Below are positions 8,975 to 20,035 of a stretch of 64,000 bases of DNA, piece after piece; position 1 is the stretch's first letter; every line of letters starts with the position of its first letter. A program made the translations under genes and the position numbers. Under the pieces are notes generated by a model. The model was given only the letters and a program-made list of their open reading frames with translations, had not been told where the DNA came from and did not search any database. The stretch comes from an uncultured Phycisphaerales bacterium (GTDB lineage Bacteria > Planctomycetota > Phycisphaerae > Tepidisphaerales > Tepidisphaeraceae), in the NCBI GenBank assembly GCA_963844715.1, contig CAWJPJ010000006.1:224001-288000 (forward strand), written 5' to 3'.

Positions 8975-11820
8975 CTAATACCCGTTCAAAGTATTACTCC
9001 CCAGCGCAACCGTGGAATCCGTCCCATTGTAAACGATCGCATTCGGATCCGTCGATCCGCCTTGCGGCGCGGTGAACGTATTATTGACGATCAGCGTGCT
9101 CGGATCGTCAAACACATCGATCCCGTTCAACGTCGAGATACTATTCTGTTCGACCACCAGTAGCGTGGTGCTTCCTACGCCCTGCCAGGCCAGCGTGATC
9201 CCCGTCGCCACATCGCCGATGGAGTTATTCCGCACCACATCTCCGACGAAGTCTGTGTACGCGTCATCCGAAGACGTCGCACCGCCTAGCGCTACGCCCA
9301 CCGGGCTATAGATATACGGGCCCGTTTCATCGGGCGAAAGCAGAACCTGGTTGTTCACAATCTGCTGGTAAAACGCCGGCGAATCCAACCCCGGCCACCC
9401 GCTGATCCGCACCCCCTCCGCAAGATTCTCCAGCGTGTTCCCATCCACCACGTTCTGGTACCCGGCAATGCATACGCCGGTGGAAGCCTGCGCGTTCTCG
9501 GCCATTCCCTCCACGCCCGCCATGTCCTGAAGCGTATTCTGATAGACAACACTGTGCGTCATAAAGTTGCCGATCGTGACATAGCTCGTCGAATCCGGCG
9601 TCACCGCCCAATTCCCGGCTATCGTCGCCACGATCGTATCCGTGTCCGTTGCCGCGTCATACGTCGTCGTCTCGCCGGTCACGGTCTCCGTCTGCGCCAG
9701 ACCCGTCCCGCTGGTCACGATCAGTTCCCCGCCTGTCAGCCCCGGCACGCTTCCATGCGGGGCCACCAGCGTTATCGTGTTCGCGGTTGCCGAGCTGGCG
9801 TATCCGCTATACCAAATCGCGTTATTTCCCTCGTTAAGAATCTGCTCCCCCGAGTTCCCCGGATCGACTTGTCCGAGCATCGTCGTGTTCCCCGCGATGT
9901 ACTGGTTGGTCACGTCCCCGAAATCCGTGTTGTATTCGATGAACCGCGACTGCCCAGAACCGTCGGTATTGGTCGTATCCGAATTATTCGCGTTGGCGAC
10001 GTTGCAATTCGTCACGCTCACGTCGTACGTCCCGCCCAGCACCAGTTCCTCTTCCAGGTCGTAGTTTTCGTAAAGATGATCGTTGTTGACGAACGCATCG
10101 TGCGCCACAGCAGATCGATTCCGCCGTAGACCGTGGAGTTTTCCACAGTCACGCCGGAATCACCCTGGAGTATCACCGCCCCCTCGTTGGAGGTGACCGT
10201 CACGCCGTTCAGGACGATGTTCCCGTTATTGATCGACCTGATGAGATCGTTGGCGCCGTTCCATCCGGTCGGAATCCCCGTCGAGACGGTCGCGCCCGCG
10301 TGCTCGATTGTGATCGAGTCAATTTCATTTTCGCCGCTCAGTCCCAGCGCCTGGAGCGCGCCCTGCCCAGGCACATAGGCGATCGCGCCCTGGAATTTCA
10401 ATATCGTGCCCGACTCGCTCTGGCCCAGCAGCCGCACATTTTCGCGCAGCTTCAGCTGCTCGCCGCCGCTCACCAGATAGGTTCCATCGGGGAAATAAAG
10501 CGTGAAATTCTCTGAAGGCGCCGCCGCCTGCGCCGCGTTGAGCGCATTGATCGCAGCGTCGATGGCCGCGCCCGAATCCGCGCTGCCGGTCGGGTCGGCG
10601 CCGTAGTTCACGACGTTAAACACGTTCCCCGCCGCCGTGCTCCACGAGGACGCCGCCGGCGCCATGCTCAGCACCTGCGGCGAACTACCGGACTTGACTT
10701 CCGACCACCCCTCATTCCCGCCGAGGCCGTTATTCACCCAAACATTATAAGTCGTAGTCGCCGAAACAGTCGGGAGCGTGAAGCTCACTTCATAAGGATT
10801 CACAGCGGTGACCGGCGCCCAAATGCCCGCGCTCCCGTCCGTCGGCTGGAGATAAACCCAGGACTCCGGCATCGCCGCGCCGTTCGACAAATTCGTCCCA
10901 TACACCGACATCGTCGCGCCCGAATAACTATCCACCGTCGGCGTCGCCGTCGTTGCACCCAACGATTCGCCGGGCGCGCCGATCCACCAAGCCTGCGTCT
11001 GATTCACCGCCACTGGCGCGCTCGACCCAGTTCCATTCACCGCCCACACCAGATACATCGCATTCGCCGGCAATCCCGCGGGAAGCATAATTGTCACGCC
11101 GTCCGCCGCGGAGACCTCAACCGTCGCGTCCAGATAAGTCCCGTCCGAAGCGCTCGTCTGCCCATAAACGACATACTCCGTCCCGGTATCATCAAGCCCG
11201 CTTCCGGTCAGCGTGATGCTCTGACCGGCGCCGCCCGTCAAACTCGCCGTCGCGATCACCGGCGCGCCCGCTTCCGCGGTGCCCGATTCAAGAACCGGCG
11301 TAAAATCGTTCATCCCGCTGGCGCCCCCGGGATCGGAAACCGGCGAAGAATCGCTATACCCCAACAGCGCCGCGCGAACAGTCTCCGCCGGCGCATCGGC
11401 CACGGGAGCCGGCGCGGCCACCGGCGCGGGAGAAGGCGCCGATGTGGCCGCCGGCGGAGTCGCCGCGGGAGAGTCAGTCGATCCACTCGCGGGTGTCCCC
11501 GAACTCGTCGAAGTTCCAGAAGCCGCCGGCGCGCTCGCCGTCACGGGCTCGCTAGCCGCAACCGGCGCGCTCGTCGAAACAGGCGTAGAAGCCGCGGCGG
11601 GCGCCGAGGGTGAGGTCCCCGGCGCCGATTTCGCCGCGGCTGACGTTAATTGCTGATACGCCGTCCCATTCCCCCAATCCAAAAACCAGTGATCCACCCC
11701 GCGCTGAAACGCCAGCGCCTCGGCGCTCACGCTCAACGTCGCGGTGCTCATGTACTGCCGCTGCTCCAGCGTTTCAAAAACGCCGCGACCTTGACGAGTT
11801 GCTTTTCGATTCATTCGCAT
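8975..11820 (-). CDS. Large secreted beta-helix (pectate lyase 3-like) protein with planctomycete-type N-terminal motif (frameshift near 10105)
   Basis: FETLEQRQYMS (LEPR-XLL-like), A/S/T/P linker, Ig/IPT-like segments, FNVVNYGADPTGSADS...LYFPDGTY and repeated N-rich beta-helix turns; split over ORFs 10018-12003 and 8975-10108. Confidence 0.72.
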
Positions 11821-12184
11821 CTTGATGAATACGGGTGTGGCTAAACCCCGCTTCCCACCATCTGTTTCGGGCCGCTTTACATCGGCAATAATTTTCTTCT
11901 TGCAAGAATCGACAGGTGACGATGTGAGGCCCATTCCGCCTATGCCGTCATTCGCGATTCTGTGCCGCGAATCCGCCCCAATAACGCCGTCCCCACCTAC
12001 CACAGTTCAACTCTCGCTCATCCGAGAAACCCATCCCCCCGGCATAATCGTTGCCACTTCAGGTCCAGCTTCCCCCGACCAAAATAATCACAGTACGCGC
12101 GCCGACAAAACTCCTCGCCTCTCTGTAATCCCGCTCGCACTAAAATTCTCCGCGCGCCTTCAAAACACAATTCAAAAGCATTGG

Positions 12185-12403
12185 CACAGAGCACACAGAG
12201 AAAAGATCTTGAAATAAAATGCGAAAGAACAAATACAAAAAGCATTTCTCTGTGCCCTCTGTGTCCTCTGTGCCCTCCGTGCTAATGCCGTTGAACAATC
12301 TGCGGGAACAGATCCAAACCCCTCCTCCCATCCGCGCCCATCCGTGAAATCCGCGGTTCAACTTTTTGCCTTTTCCTGGCGTCCTTGGCGCGTGGCGGTT
12401 AAA
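12185..12403. repeat. Intergenic cluster of nonamer-period repeats (families E, B, D)
   Basis: gcacagagcacacagagaaa / tttctctgtgccctctgtgtcctctgtg imperfect inverted pair; atccgcgcccatccgtgaaatccgcggtt (12330-12358); ctggcgtccttggcgcgtggcggttaaa (12376-12403). Confidence 0.8.
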
Positions 12404-12450
12404 TCCAGTATCATGATCCCTCGAAAATGTCCCCGGAAGGAAACTCACCC

Positions 12451-13441
12451 ATGACCTCTCTCGTCACTGGCGGCGCCGGATTCATCGGCTCACACGTCGC
12501 CGAGGAACTTCTCAAATCCGGCCACCAGGTCGTCATCCTTGATGATCTCTCCGGCGGCTTCCGTGAAAACGTCCCCGCCGGCGCCCGGCTTGTTCAGGCC
12601 TCGATCCTCAATACCCGCGTTTTGTCGCAGGTCTTTGCGGAAAATCATTTCGATTATGTCTTTCACCTCGCCGCTTACGCCGCCGAGGGGCTCTCCCATT
12701 TCATCCGCCGGTTCAACTACGAAAACAACGTCGTCGGCTCGATGAACCTGATCAACGAATCGGTCAAACACCAGATCAAGTGCTTCGTCTTTACCAGCTC
12801 GATCGCCGTCTACGGCCCGGCTCAAACCCCGATGCGCGAAGACATGACGCCCGCCCCTGAAGACCCCTACGGCATAGCCAAATATGCCGTCGAACTCGAC
12901 CTCCACGCCGCCAAAAACATGTTCGATCTCAACTCCATCGTCTTCCGCCCGCACAACGTCTTTGGCGAGCGCCAAAATATCGGCGACCGATACCGCAACG
13001 TCATCGGCATCTTCATGAACCAGATGATGTCCGGCCAGCCCATGACCTTCTTCGGCGACGGCTCCCAAACCCGAGCCTTCTCCTATATCGCCGACGTCGC
13101 CCCTCTCATCGCCAATTCCATCCAAAACCCCGCCGCCCAAAACCGCACCTTCAACGTCGGCGCCGACGCACCCATCTCCCTGAGCGAACTCGCCAAGCTG
13201 GTTGCTGAAGCGATGAACGCCCCCGCGCAAATCAAACACCTCGCCCCGCGCAAAGAGGTCCTCCATGCGGTGGCCGATCATTCGCAGCTAATCCAAGTCT
13301 TCCAATACCAGCCGAGATGGAACATCCATGACGGCCTAAAGCGCATGGCCGACTGGGCCAAAAAAAATCGGCCCCCGCAAACCAAGCACCTTCTCCAACA
13401 TCGAACTGCGCCAAAACCTTCCCGAAGGTTGGGAAACGTGA
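12451..13441 (+). CDS. NAD-dependent epimerase/dehydratase (extended SDR); frameshift in A8 run 13360-13367
   Basis: VTGGAGFIGSH, FTSSIAVYG, PYGIAK (YxxxK). One fewer A gives the C-terminus KKIGPRKPSTFSNIELRQNLPEGWET-stop. Confidence 0.9.
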
Positions 13442-13445
13442 TTCA

Positions 13446-13479
13446 TCCCGCGAAGCCGGTGTAGCTTGCTGCACCGGAT
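13446..13479. repeat. Family H hairpin repeat, second copy
   Basis: tcccgcgaagccggtgtagcttgctgcaccggat, just 3' of the epimerase stop. Confidence 0.8.
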
Positions 13480-13637
13480 ACACCCGTCGCCACCAACGCC
13501 AGACTGACACGATCGACCCACCTCCATTCCAGCTCATTTCCCCCTTCACGCGTTCTGATTTGATTCTGGTTTCGGGTTTCGGGCTTTGCCCGCGCCGCCC
13601 CCTCATCTAGAATCAATCGCGAAGGCTGATCCGCGCT

Positions 13638-14498
13638 ATGCTCCCAAAACTAGACGACGTCACTCTCCTCTGCATCGACACCGACCATCCCGCCGCCGGC
13701 CTGCGCGCCGTTCAACTCAGCCAGGCACAATGTCAGTTCGGTCGCACCATCTTTATAACCTCGTCGGAATTTGTGTCGCAACACGCACCCCCCCATCCGC
13801 AAACAGAATTCCGGACATTACACCCGCCCGTTGAAACGTTGACTCAAGCCGAGATTATGATGAAGCGGCTTGTCGAATTCGTTTCGACCTCCCACGTCCT
13901 GATCATCCAATGGGACGGCTACGTTCTCGATGGCCGGCGTTGGAGCTCCGACTTCCTTCAATTCGACTATATCGGCGCAGTCTGGCCCACTGGCACGCCC
14001 GGCCTCCGCGTGGGCAACGGCGGCTTCTCCCTCCGCTCCCGCCGTCTTTTGGAAGTTCTCGCTCGCCCCGAGATGACTTGCTCGGACCCCGAGGACAACG
14101 CCATATGCGTTCGGCTGCGCCCGGAGCTTGAAAAGCACGGAATCAAATTCGCCGACGAGCAAACCGCTTCCCGATTTTCTTTCGAGGCCCTCGGCGCCGA
14201 CAACCCCACCTTCGGGTTCCACGGCATATTCAACTTCTGCCGGGTCGTTTCCCCAGCCGACCTTCAATTCCTCCTCGACCAGATGCCCCCTCGCGTCCTG
14301 TCCTGCACCTCCGTTCCCGATCTGATCAAAGGCTACGCCCTCAGAAACCGCTGGCGCGAGGCGGAAATGGTCTTGCGCAAACTCGAATCCCAATTCGACG
14401 AACAAAAGGTCCTCGAAATCCTGTCGGAGATCGCCGACCACAACCTGGAACACGCCAAGGCCGCCCAGGCCGTCATTCACGCCAAAGCCAAACAGTAG
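13638..14498 (+). CDS. DUF5672-like protein (possible glycosyltransferase-related fold)
   Basis: HVLIIQWDG, FDYIGAVW, VGNGGFSLRSRRLL, PEDNAIC, FGFHG motifs. Confidence 0.8.
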   Translation: MLPKLDDVTLLCIDTDHPAAGLRAVQLSQAQCQFGRTIFITSSEFVSQHAPPHPQTEFRTLHPPVETLTQAEIMMKRLVEFVSTSHVLIIQWDGYVLDGRRWSSDFLQFDYIGAVWPTGTPGLRVGNGGFSLRSRRLLEVLARPEMTCSDPEDNAICVRLRPELEKHGIKFADEQTASRFSFEALGADNPTFGFHGIFNFCRVVSPADLQFLLDQMPPRVLSCTSVPDLIKGYALRNRWREAEMVLRKLESQFDEQKVLEILSEIADHNLEHAKAAQAVIHAKAKQ

Positions 14499-14869
14499 TT
14501 GCCAGTTGTTAGTTGCCAGTTGCCAGGAATTGTTCTTCGTGGCAAAGCCAAGCAGCCCCCGACCAGAGATTCAACCGCCAAGCCGCCAAGAACGCCAAGA
14601 TAAATTCCCGCCACAGATCGGGACCGATGAACGCAGCTAAAATGCCGCCGGCTCCTAATCTTTCTCCTTCTCTTAATCCTACTAATCTTCTTAATCTTAA
14701 TCGTAATCTTAATCCTAATCTCTCTCCTCCCAGCGTTTCCGCCTTGTTATGCCGCAGCGTCAAGCATGTCTTGCCGCGAGGAAATCTGTTGAATTATCCG
14801 CGTTCATCCGCGTTATCCGTGGTGAAAAAAGAATTTAACCGCGGATTTCGCGGATGGCGCGGATAATTC
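14496..14869. repeat. Composite repeat block 1 (families A, D, C, B)
   Basis: A heptamer 14496-14526; aaccgccaagccgccaagaacgccaag 14573-14599; TAATCT-rich tract 14651-14734; long hairpin 14791-14869. Confidence 0.88.
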
Positions 14870-15002
14870 AAAAAAAGGCCAAAACATTGCCAAGGCCGTC
14901 GATCTGGCAAGCCAAAGACCGTGACGCACCATTAGCTTTCGTCTGTTGCCGCGAGTCCGGGCGGGGTAAACTGGATCGGCAGGCACACCCGGAGGCGTCG
15001 CG

Positions 15003-15689
15003 ATGCATCCCACGGCGATGAGAAATTGCCGGCACTTCTTTGAATGCTACGGCGGATATCTGCCGCGCCCGGGGCGCCTCGTCGAGGTGGGATCGCAGGA
15101 CGTCAATGGGAGTTTACGAGAACTTTGTCCGGCGGATATGGAATACGTAGGCGTGGACTTCGCGGCCGGAAAGGGGGTGGATCTCGTTTTGAGCGATCCT
15201 TACAAATTGCCGTTTGAAAATGAGACGGTCGATGCGGTGCTGTGCAGTTCCGTGCTGGAACATTCGCAGATGTTCTGGGTGACGTTCCTGGAGATGCTGA
15301 GAATTCTCAAGCCGAGCGGGCTGATCTACATTCTAGTGCCATCGAACGGCGACGTGCATCGATATCCAGTGGACTGCTGGCGCTTTTATCCGGATAGCGG
15401 GCAAGCGCTCGTGGCCTGGGCAAAAAGGAACGGGATGAACCCCGCGCTACTCGAGTCCTATACCAGCCTCCAGGTCGACCATCAATGGAACGATTACGTA
15501 TCGGTGTTCGTAAAGGACGAGGCGGCCGCCGGTCTCTATCCGCGGCGGATTTTGCAGACCAAAACCGATTATATGAACGGCTGGATTCGCGGCGGCCGCG
15601 GGTTCTTGAACGCCGCCGCCAAGCCGGAGGACAGGTTAAGGCTCGAAGCGATTGTGAAGGCCTACATGGGCCTGATCAAACCGTCGTGA
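15003..15689 (+). CDS. Class I SAM-dependent methyltransferase
   Basis: VEVGSQDVNGS, YVGVD, SSVLEH, RILKPSG, HRYPVDCWRF. Confidence 0.85.
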   Translation: MHPTAMRNCRHFFECYGGYLPRPGRLVEVGSQDVNGSLRELCPADMEYVGVDFAAGKGVDLVLSDPYKLPFENETVDAVLCSSVLEHSQMFWVTFLEMLRILKPSGLIYILVPSNGDVHRYPVDCWRFYPDSGQALVAWAKRNGMNPALLESYTSLQVDHQWNDYVSVFVKDEAAAGLYPRRILQTKTDYMNGWIRGGRGFLNAAAKPEDRLRLEAIVKAYMGLIKPS

Positions 15690-15818
15690 AGAGCAAACGT
15701 CTCCTCAGAGCTTCGCCCGCGCCAGTTCCAATCCCCACCACAGCCCAGCAAGCCCCAACCCACAGCCAAAACTCGCGTCAAAGGCGCCCCCCAGGCTCAC
15801 AGAGACAATATGCAGACC

Positions 15819-16291
15819 GCTCCTAATCTTTCTCCTTCTCTTAATCCTACTCGTCTTCTTAATCTTAATCGTAATCTTAATCCTAATCTCTCACCTCCCA
15901 GCATGTCCGTCTTCCCCTACGCCGCCACGGCATCCAACCAGCAATTGGCAACTGGCAACTAAACGTCTTCCCATCCGATTTCCATCCGTGGCAAACCTCC
16001 CCGACTTCGCGTTTAACCGGCTTTTGCTTCCCCCAAACTCCCGCGCGTCCTGCCGGAAATAAATCCGCCGAATCATCCGCGTTCATCCGCGTTCTCCGTG
16101 GTAAACAAAAAGTATTTAACCGCGGATTTCGCGGATGCGCACGGATGAAGAGAAAACCGCCTCGGACTCATTCCGTCTCCAAGTCTCGTCGTCTCTTTGT
16201 CTCCACGAGAATTGAATTCTTATCCGCGCCATCCCCGAAATCCGTGGTAAAACCTCTTTCACTGGCAACTGGCAACTAACAACTGGCAACT
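15819..16291. repeat. Composite repeat block 2 (families C, A, B)
   Basis: 15819-15902 is an 84-bp direct repeat of 14651-14734 with 3 mismatches; family B hairpin 16073-16148; A elements at 15941 and 16261. Confidence 0.88.
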
Positions 16292-16340
16292 TCCCGCGCC
16301 AAATTTGTGCATCCCCAGAAACCACGATACAAATAGCCCC

Positions 16341-16616
16341 ATGAAATACATGCTGGCGTGGAAGATTGCTCCCGGTCACATCAAGTCCGCGGCCGAGGCG
16401 TTCCTGAAAACCGGCGGGCCGCCCCCGAAGGGACTGACCATCATTGGCCGCTGGCACGCCCCCGGCTCCGCATATGGATGGGCCGTGGTCGAGGGGAAAG
16501 AAACTTCCGTCGCCCAGCATGTCGCCGAATGGGAACACCTGCTTGAGTTTCAGATTACGCCGGTTCTCGAAGACGCCGAGGCCGCCAAAGCCCTCGCCAG
16601 CGTCTACGGAAAATAG
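16341..16616 (+). CDS. DUF3303-like small protein
   Basis: MKYMLAW...FLKTGGPPPKGLTIIGRWH...EWEHLLEFQITPVLED pattern. Confidence 0.75.
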   Translation: MKYMLAWKIAPGHIKSAAEAFLKTGGPPPKGLTIIGRWHAPGSAYGWAVVEGKETSVAQHVAEWEHLLEFQITPVLEDAEAAKALASVYGK

Positions 16617-16671
16617 CTAGAGCCGGTTGATCCGCCGGAAATTGGCCGGCGGACCTTCGAAGGGAGCGCAC

Positions 16672-17007
16672 ATGCCGAGCTATCTCTTTCAAGGCTGTTA
16701 CACGTCCGAGTCGGTCGCGGCGATGGTCGTCCAACCCGAAGACCGCACCGACGTGGTCCGAAAATTGGTCGAAAGTTTCGGCGGAAAGCTCGATGGATTC
16801 TGGCTCTCCCTCGGCGAATATGACTTCGTCGGCATCGCACAACTTCCCAATCCCGAGGCCGCGTTGGCATTGGCCATGGCCGTCGCAGCCGGCGGCGGAG
16901 TCCACAACTACAGAACCGTCCCCCTCCTCTCCTGGACCGAAGGCGTCAACGCCTTCAAAAAAGCCAGCGGCGCAAAGTATCTCCCCCCGGCAAAACACGC
17001 GAATTAA
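16672..17007 (+). CDS. GYD domain protein
   Basis: MPSYLFQGCYT...ESFGGKL...LGEYDFV; GGGAG SD upstream. Confidence 0.82.
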   Translation: MPSYLFQGCYTSESVAAMVVQPEDRTDVVRKLVESFGGKLDGFWLSLGEYDFVGIAQLPNPEAALALAMAVAAGGGVHNYRTVPLLSWTEGVNAFKKASGAKYLPPAKHAN

Positions 17008-17058
17008 TCAATCTGTCCCCCACAGCGGATAGTCCCCGAGCGCACAGAAAACGTTCAG

Positions 17059-17229
17059 CCACAGATAAAATTCCGACCGCTCCTAATCTTTCTCTTAATC
17101 CTACTCTTACTCCTAATCTTTCTCCTCCCCGCATTTGCGTCTTTCCGTAACAACCACTTAATCCGCGTTCATCCGTGTCATCCGCGGTAAAAACCAATTT
17201 AACCGCGGATTTCACGGATAGCGCGGATA
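17059..17229. repeat. Composite repeat block 3 (shortened family C plus family B hairpin)
   Basis: ccgctcctaatctttctcttaatcctact...cctcccc, then atccgcgttcatccgtgtcatccgcggt-aaaaaccaattt-aaccgcggatttcacggatagcgcggat. Confidence 0.85.
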
Positions 17230-17315
17230 AATCGAAAACGCCAAAGCCGTCGGCAAAGTCATCGATTCCAAAGCCGAAGCCGAGTGGGGCGGGACAAATG
17301 GGGTTGGGATTCCTC

Positions 17316-17669
17316 TCATCTGCATTCGCAATTCAATAATTCAATTGGAACCGACACAAACAAATCGCCGTTTTTTAATCCTCTCGATACACATAGCGCA
17401 GCCACGCGCACCGAAATAAAAATGCCCAGCCCCCCGATGGTGAGCAGTACGATCGAGGAGAACAAAACCACCTCCCCGCTCCCGCCCGCGCTCCCGACCG
17501 AAAGGGTCCCCACAAGCCCGGCTACGCCCAAGATAACAAAGGGGAGACTGAACAACCCGCTCACCACGCTCAAAAAAACCGCCATGAACCCGACCCTAGG
17601 CACGCGCTTCACGCGCCGCACCGGGCCGCGATATTCCAACACCTCAGGTTTAACCGGTTCGTCCACCAT
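17316..17669 (-). CDS. Hypothetical small membrane protein
   Basis: MVDEPVKPEVLEYRGP start followed by two long hydrophobic segments; true C-terminus uncertain. Confidence 0.5.
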   Translation of the reverse strand: MVDEPVKPEVLEYRGPVRRVKRVPRVGFMAVFLSVVSGLFSLPFVILGVAGLVGTLSVGSAGGSGEVVLFSSIVLLTIGGLGIFISVRVAALCVSRGLKNGDLFVSVPIELLNCECR

Positions 17670-17963
17670 GCCCGTTCCAACCAAGAACATCATACCCCAG
17701 CATGGAACACCCTCACCTCATCTCCCCATCCCAACCCTTCGCGCCTCCGTGCCTAATCCCCTCCGCTGTCCCCCATCTATCCCATCTCCCCCGACCCACC
17801 AATCGCTTAAAAAGTGTCAAGTTTTGTCGGCGCACGTCTCCGCGACCGAAATTTTCCGACCCCCGCGCAGCAGATTTCAAAGTAGTTTCCCCATCGCCGC
17901 AAATCCCCGCCCAAGCATCTCCCGCGCCGCCGCAATCGCGATCCATTCTCGAATTGTCAATTC

Positions 17964-17995
17964 ACTAGCAACTGGCAACTGGCAACTAGCAACTA
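17964..17995. repeat. Family A heptamer element (degenerate)
   Basis: actagcaactggcaactggcaactagcaacta, 6 nt past the stop of the minus-strand TolB-like gene. Confidence 0.8.
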
Positions 17996-18001
17996 ATTTC
18001 C

Positions 18002-19973
18002 TCACTTAATCGAAATCTTCCAAATCCCCCATTGCCCGCCGCGATTGCTTCGGAAATAGATTGCGTTTCCGCTGGGATCCCACACCGGATTATCGTCGAT
18101 GCTGCCGTTGGTGGTGACCTGAATCGGCTTGTCCGGATGCGCAAGATCGATGATCCAGATATCGGGATTTCGGTTGCGATCCTCGTCCATGCCGCGGTCG
18201 GAGACGTAGGCGATTTGGCTGCCGTCCTTGGACCAGGAGGGATCGTAGCAATCGGAATCCGGGTCGTTGGTGAGATCGGTGGGGGGGCCGCCGTGGTCGG
18301 GGATTTTATAGATTTCACGGTTGCCCGTGCGCTGGTTCACGCTGGTGAAGATGATCGAATCCTGCGCGCGGGCTGATTCGCGGCTCGGAGACGGAGATCG
18401 TCGTCAGATCGAGCCGTGGGCCACCGTCCACCGGGGCGGTGTAGAGCTGCGCATCGGCGAGGCTGTCGCTCATGACCTGATAAAACAGCCGCGGATGCGG
18501 CGAGGCGTCGATGCTCGGCCAAAGGTCCTGCTCGTCGCCGTTGGTGAGCTGTTCGATTCCTTCGCCGCCGGAGAGATTTTTCTCCCAGATCGTCAGGCGT
18601 TTGCTGGCGCGATTGGAGGAGAAGACGATGGAATTTCCGTCGGGTGTGAAGGATGGGAAAACGTCCAGGGCCTTGCCGTCGGTGAACTGCTGCACGCCGC
18701 TAGCGGTATCCGTGCTGACGGCCAGAATTTGCGAGCGGAAATTATTCGGGTCGGTCCCGCTAAGCTGGCTGAAAAGAACCATGGACCCCGTCGGGGAGAC
18801 GGAAAGCGAGCCGATGGTTGTGCCCGGTGGCGCTGAATAAAGCAGCGCCGGCGGCTCCCGGCCGGGGCCTTCGCTGATGTCTTTTTGGCCAAGGGTCTGC
18901 TGGAGTTTGGGCACCACCTGCCAGGCCCCGTCGGAATCGCGGTCCAGCGAAACCGAGAGCATCGGAACCGGGCGCGTCTTCACTTCCTTGAGGGTCACGG
19001 AATAATCCGTCCGGCCGTCATCCCAGGGGATGGGGATCGTCGCGGGATACCATTCCGTCTCGGCGGTTTTTTTGGTCACGCTCGCCGTAAAGGTGGGGAG
19101 ATCGCCCTTGTCGTCGGTGGGCGTGAAATCGAGGACTTCGGTGGGCACGCCGTTATCGCCCGGCGGAAGGACTTTCCCGTCGATGGTGACAATCGCGCCC
19201 GCCGGGTCGGTCTCGACATGAACCGTCTTTTTCTTGCTGGGGACGTCGAACTGATAATCGGTCTTGCCGTCGTCCCAGGAGATGGTTTCATCCGCCTCGT
19301 CATATCCGGGCTTGGTGAGAACCAGCTTGTGCACGACATACTGATTGGCGTCGACGTCATAGGGAAAGGCGCGGCCCTTGTCCGCCAGGGGCGTCACGCC
19401 GATCGGCTGTCCGTCGAAGCTAACACTCGCGCCGGGCGGGTTGGAGGTGATGTTCAGGTCCTTCTGCATCGGCTGAAGGTCCAGGGTGTAATCGGGCGAC
19501 GCGTCGGTCCATGTCACGGTGATTTCGCAGGGCTGAAATCCCGGCCGCGAGGCGGTGACGGTGTAGCTCGTCCAGTTGTCCTTCGCGTCCTTGGTGAATT
19601 CCATCTCGCGCGAAACTTCCGTGACGGGGTCGGGGCTTACGGGAGTGCCATTGATATCGAGGAACGCCGGAACCGGGGTGATCGTGAAGCTCAAGCGGCG
19701 CGTAAGCGGCTTGAGGACCATTTGGTAATCCGTTGAGCGATCGTCCTTGGTAAGAATCAGGGTTGATTCCTTATACCCCGGCCGGCTGGCGGTGATTCGG
19801 TGCTGGTCATCGGAGCCGTGGAATTTGAATTGTTCGGTGAGCGTTCCGACGCCTCGCGGAATGCCGTCAACGCTGAGGATGGAATCGGGGGGCGTGGGGG
19901 TGATGGTTACGGTTCGGGTGGTGGTGCACGCCGAGAGAACCATCAAGCAACCGAGGGCCAGCCATCTCTTCAT
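18002..19973 (-). CDS. Lipoprotein with PEGA repeats and TolB-like (PD40) beta-propeller (frameshift near 18361)
   Basis: LSAC lipobox; ITSNPPGASVSFDGQPIGVTP PEGA pattern; PSFTPDGNSIVFSSNR, PSWSKDGSQIAYVSDR and PVWDPSGNAIYFRSNR repeats. Confidence 0.85.
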
Positions 19974-20035
19974 GAATACGACTCCGATGCAAGGTTTAGC
20001 CGAAAACCCAATCGTTCACAAGAAATTGCCCACGT

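Noticed and set aside
11380..11640. DNA tandem repeat in the large secreted protein
   Set aside because: Low-complexity Ala/Ser/Thr/Pro linker with only loose peptide-level repetition.
13360..13367. Phase variation at the A8 tract of the epimerase
   Set aside because: It alters only the last ~25 residues and matches the window-wide indel error pattern.
14496..17229. Classical integron
   Set aside because: No tyrosine recombinase, and I could not identify canonical attC R''/R' boxes at gene ends; kept only as a cassette-like hypothesis.
12185..17995. CRISPR array
   Set aside because: Repeats are 6-9 nt periodic tracts and hairpins without regularly spaced unique spacers; no cas genes in the window.
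17284..18009. 241-aa plus-strand ORF
   Set aside because: Pro/Ser/Thr-rich product explained by the C-rich strand and repeats; antisense to a more plausible membrane protein.
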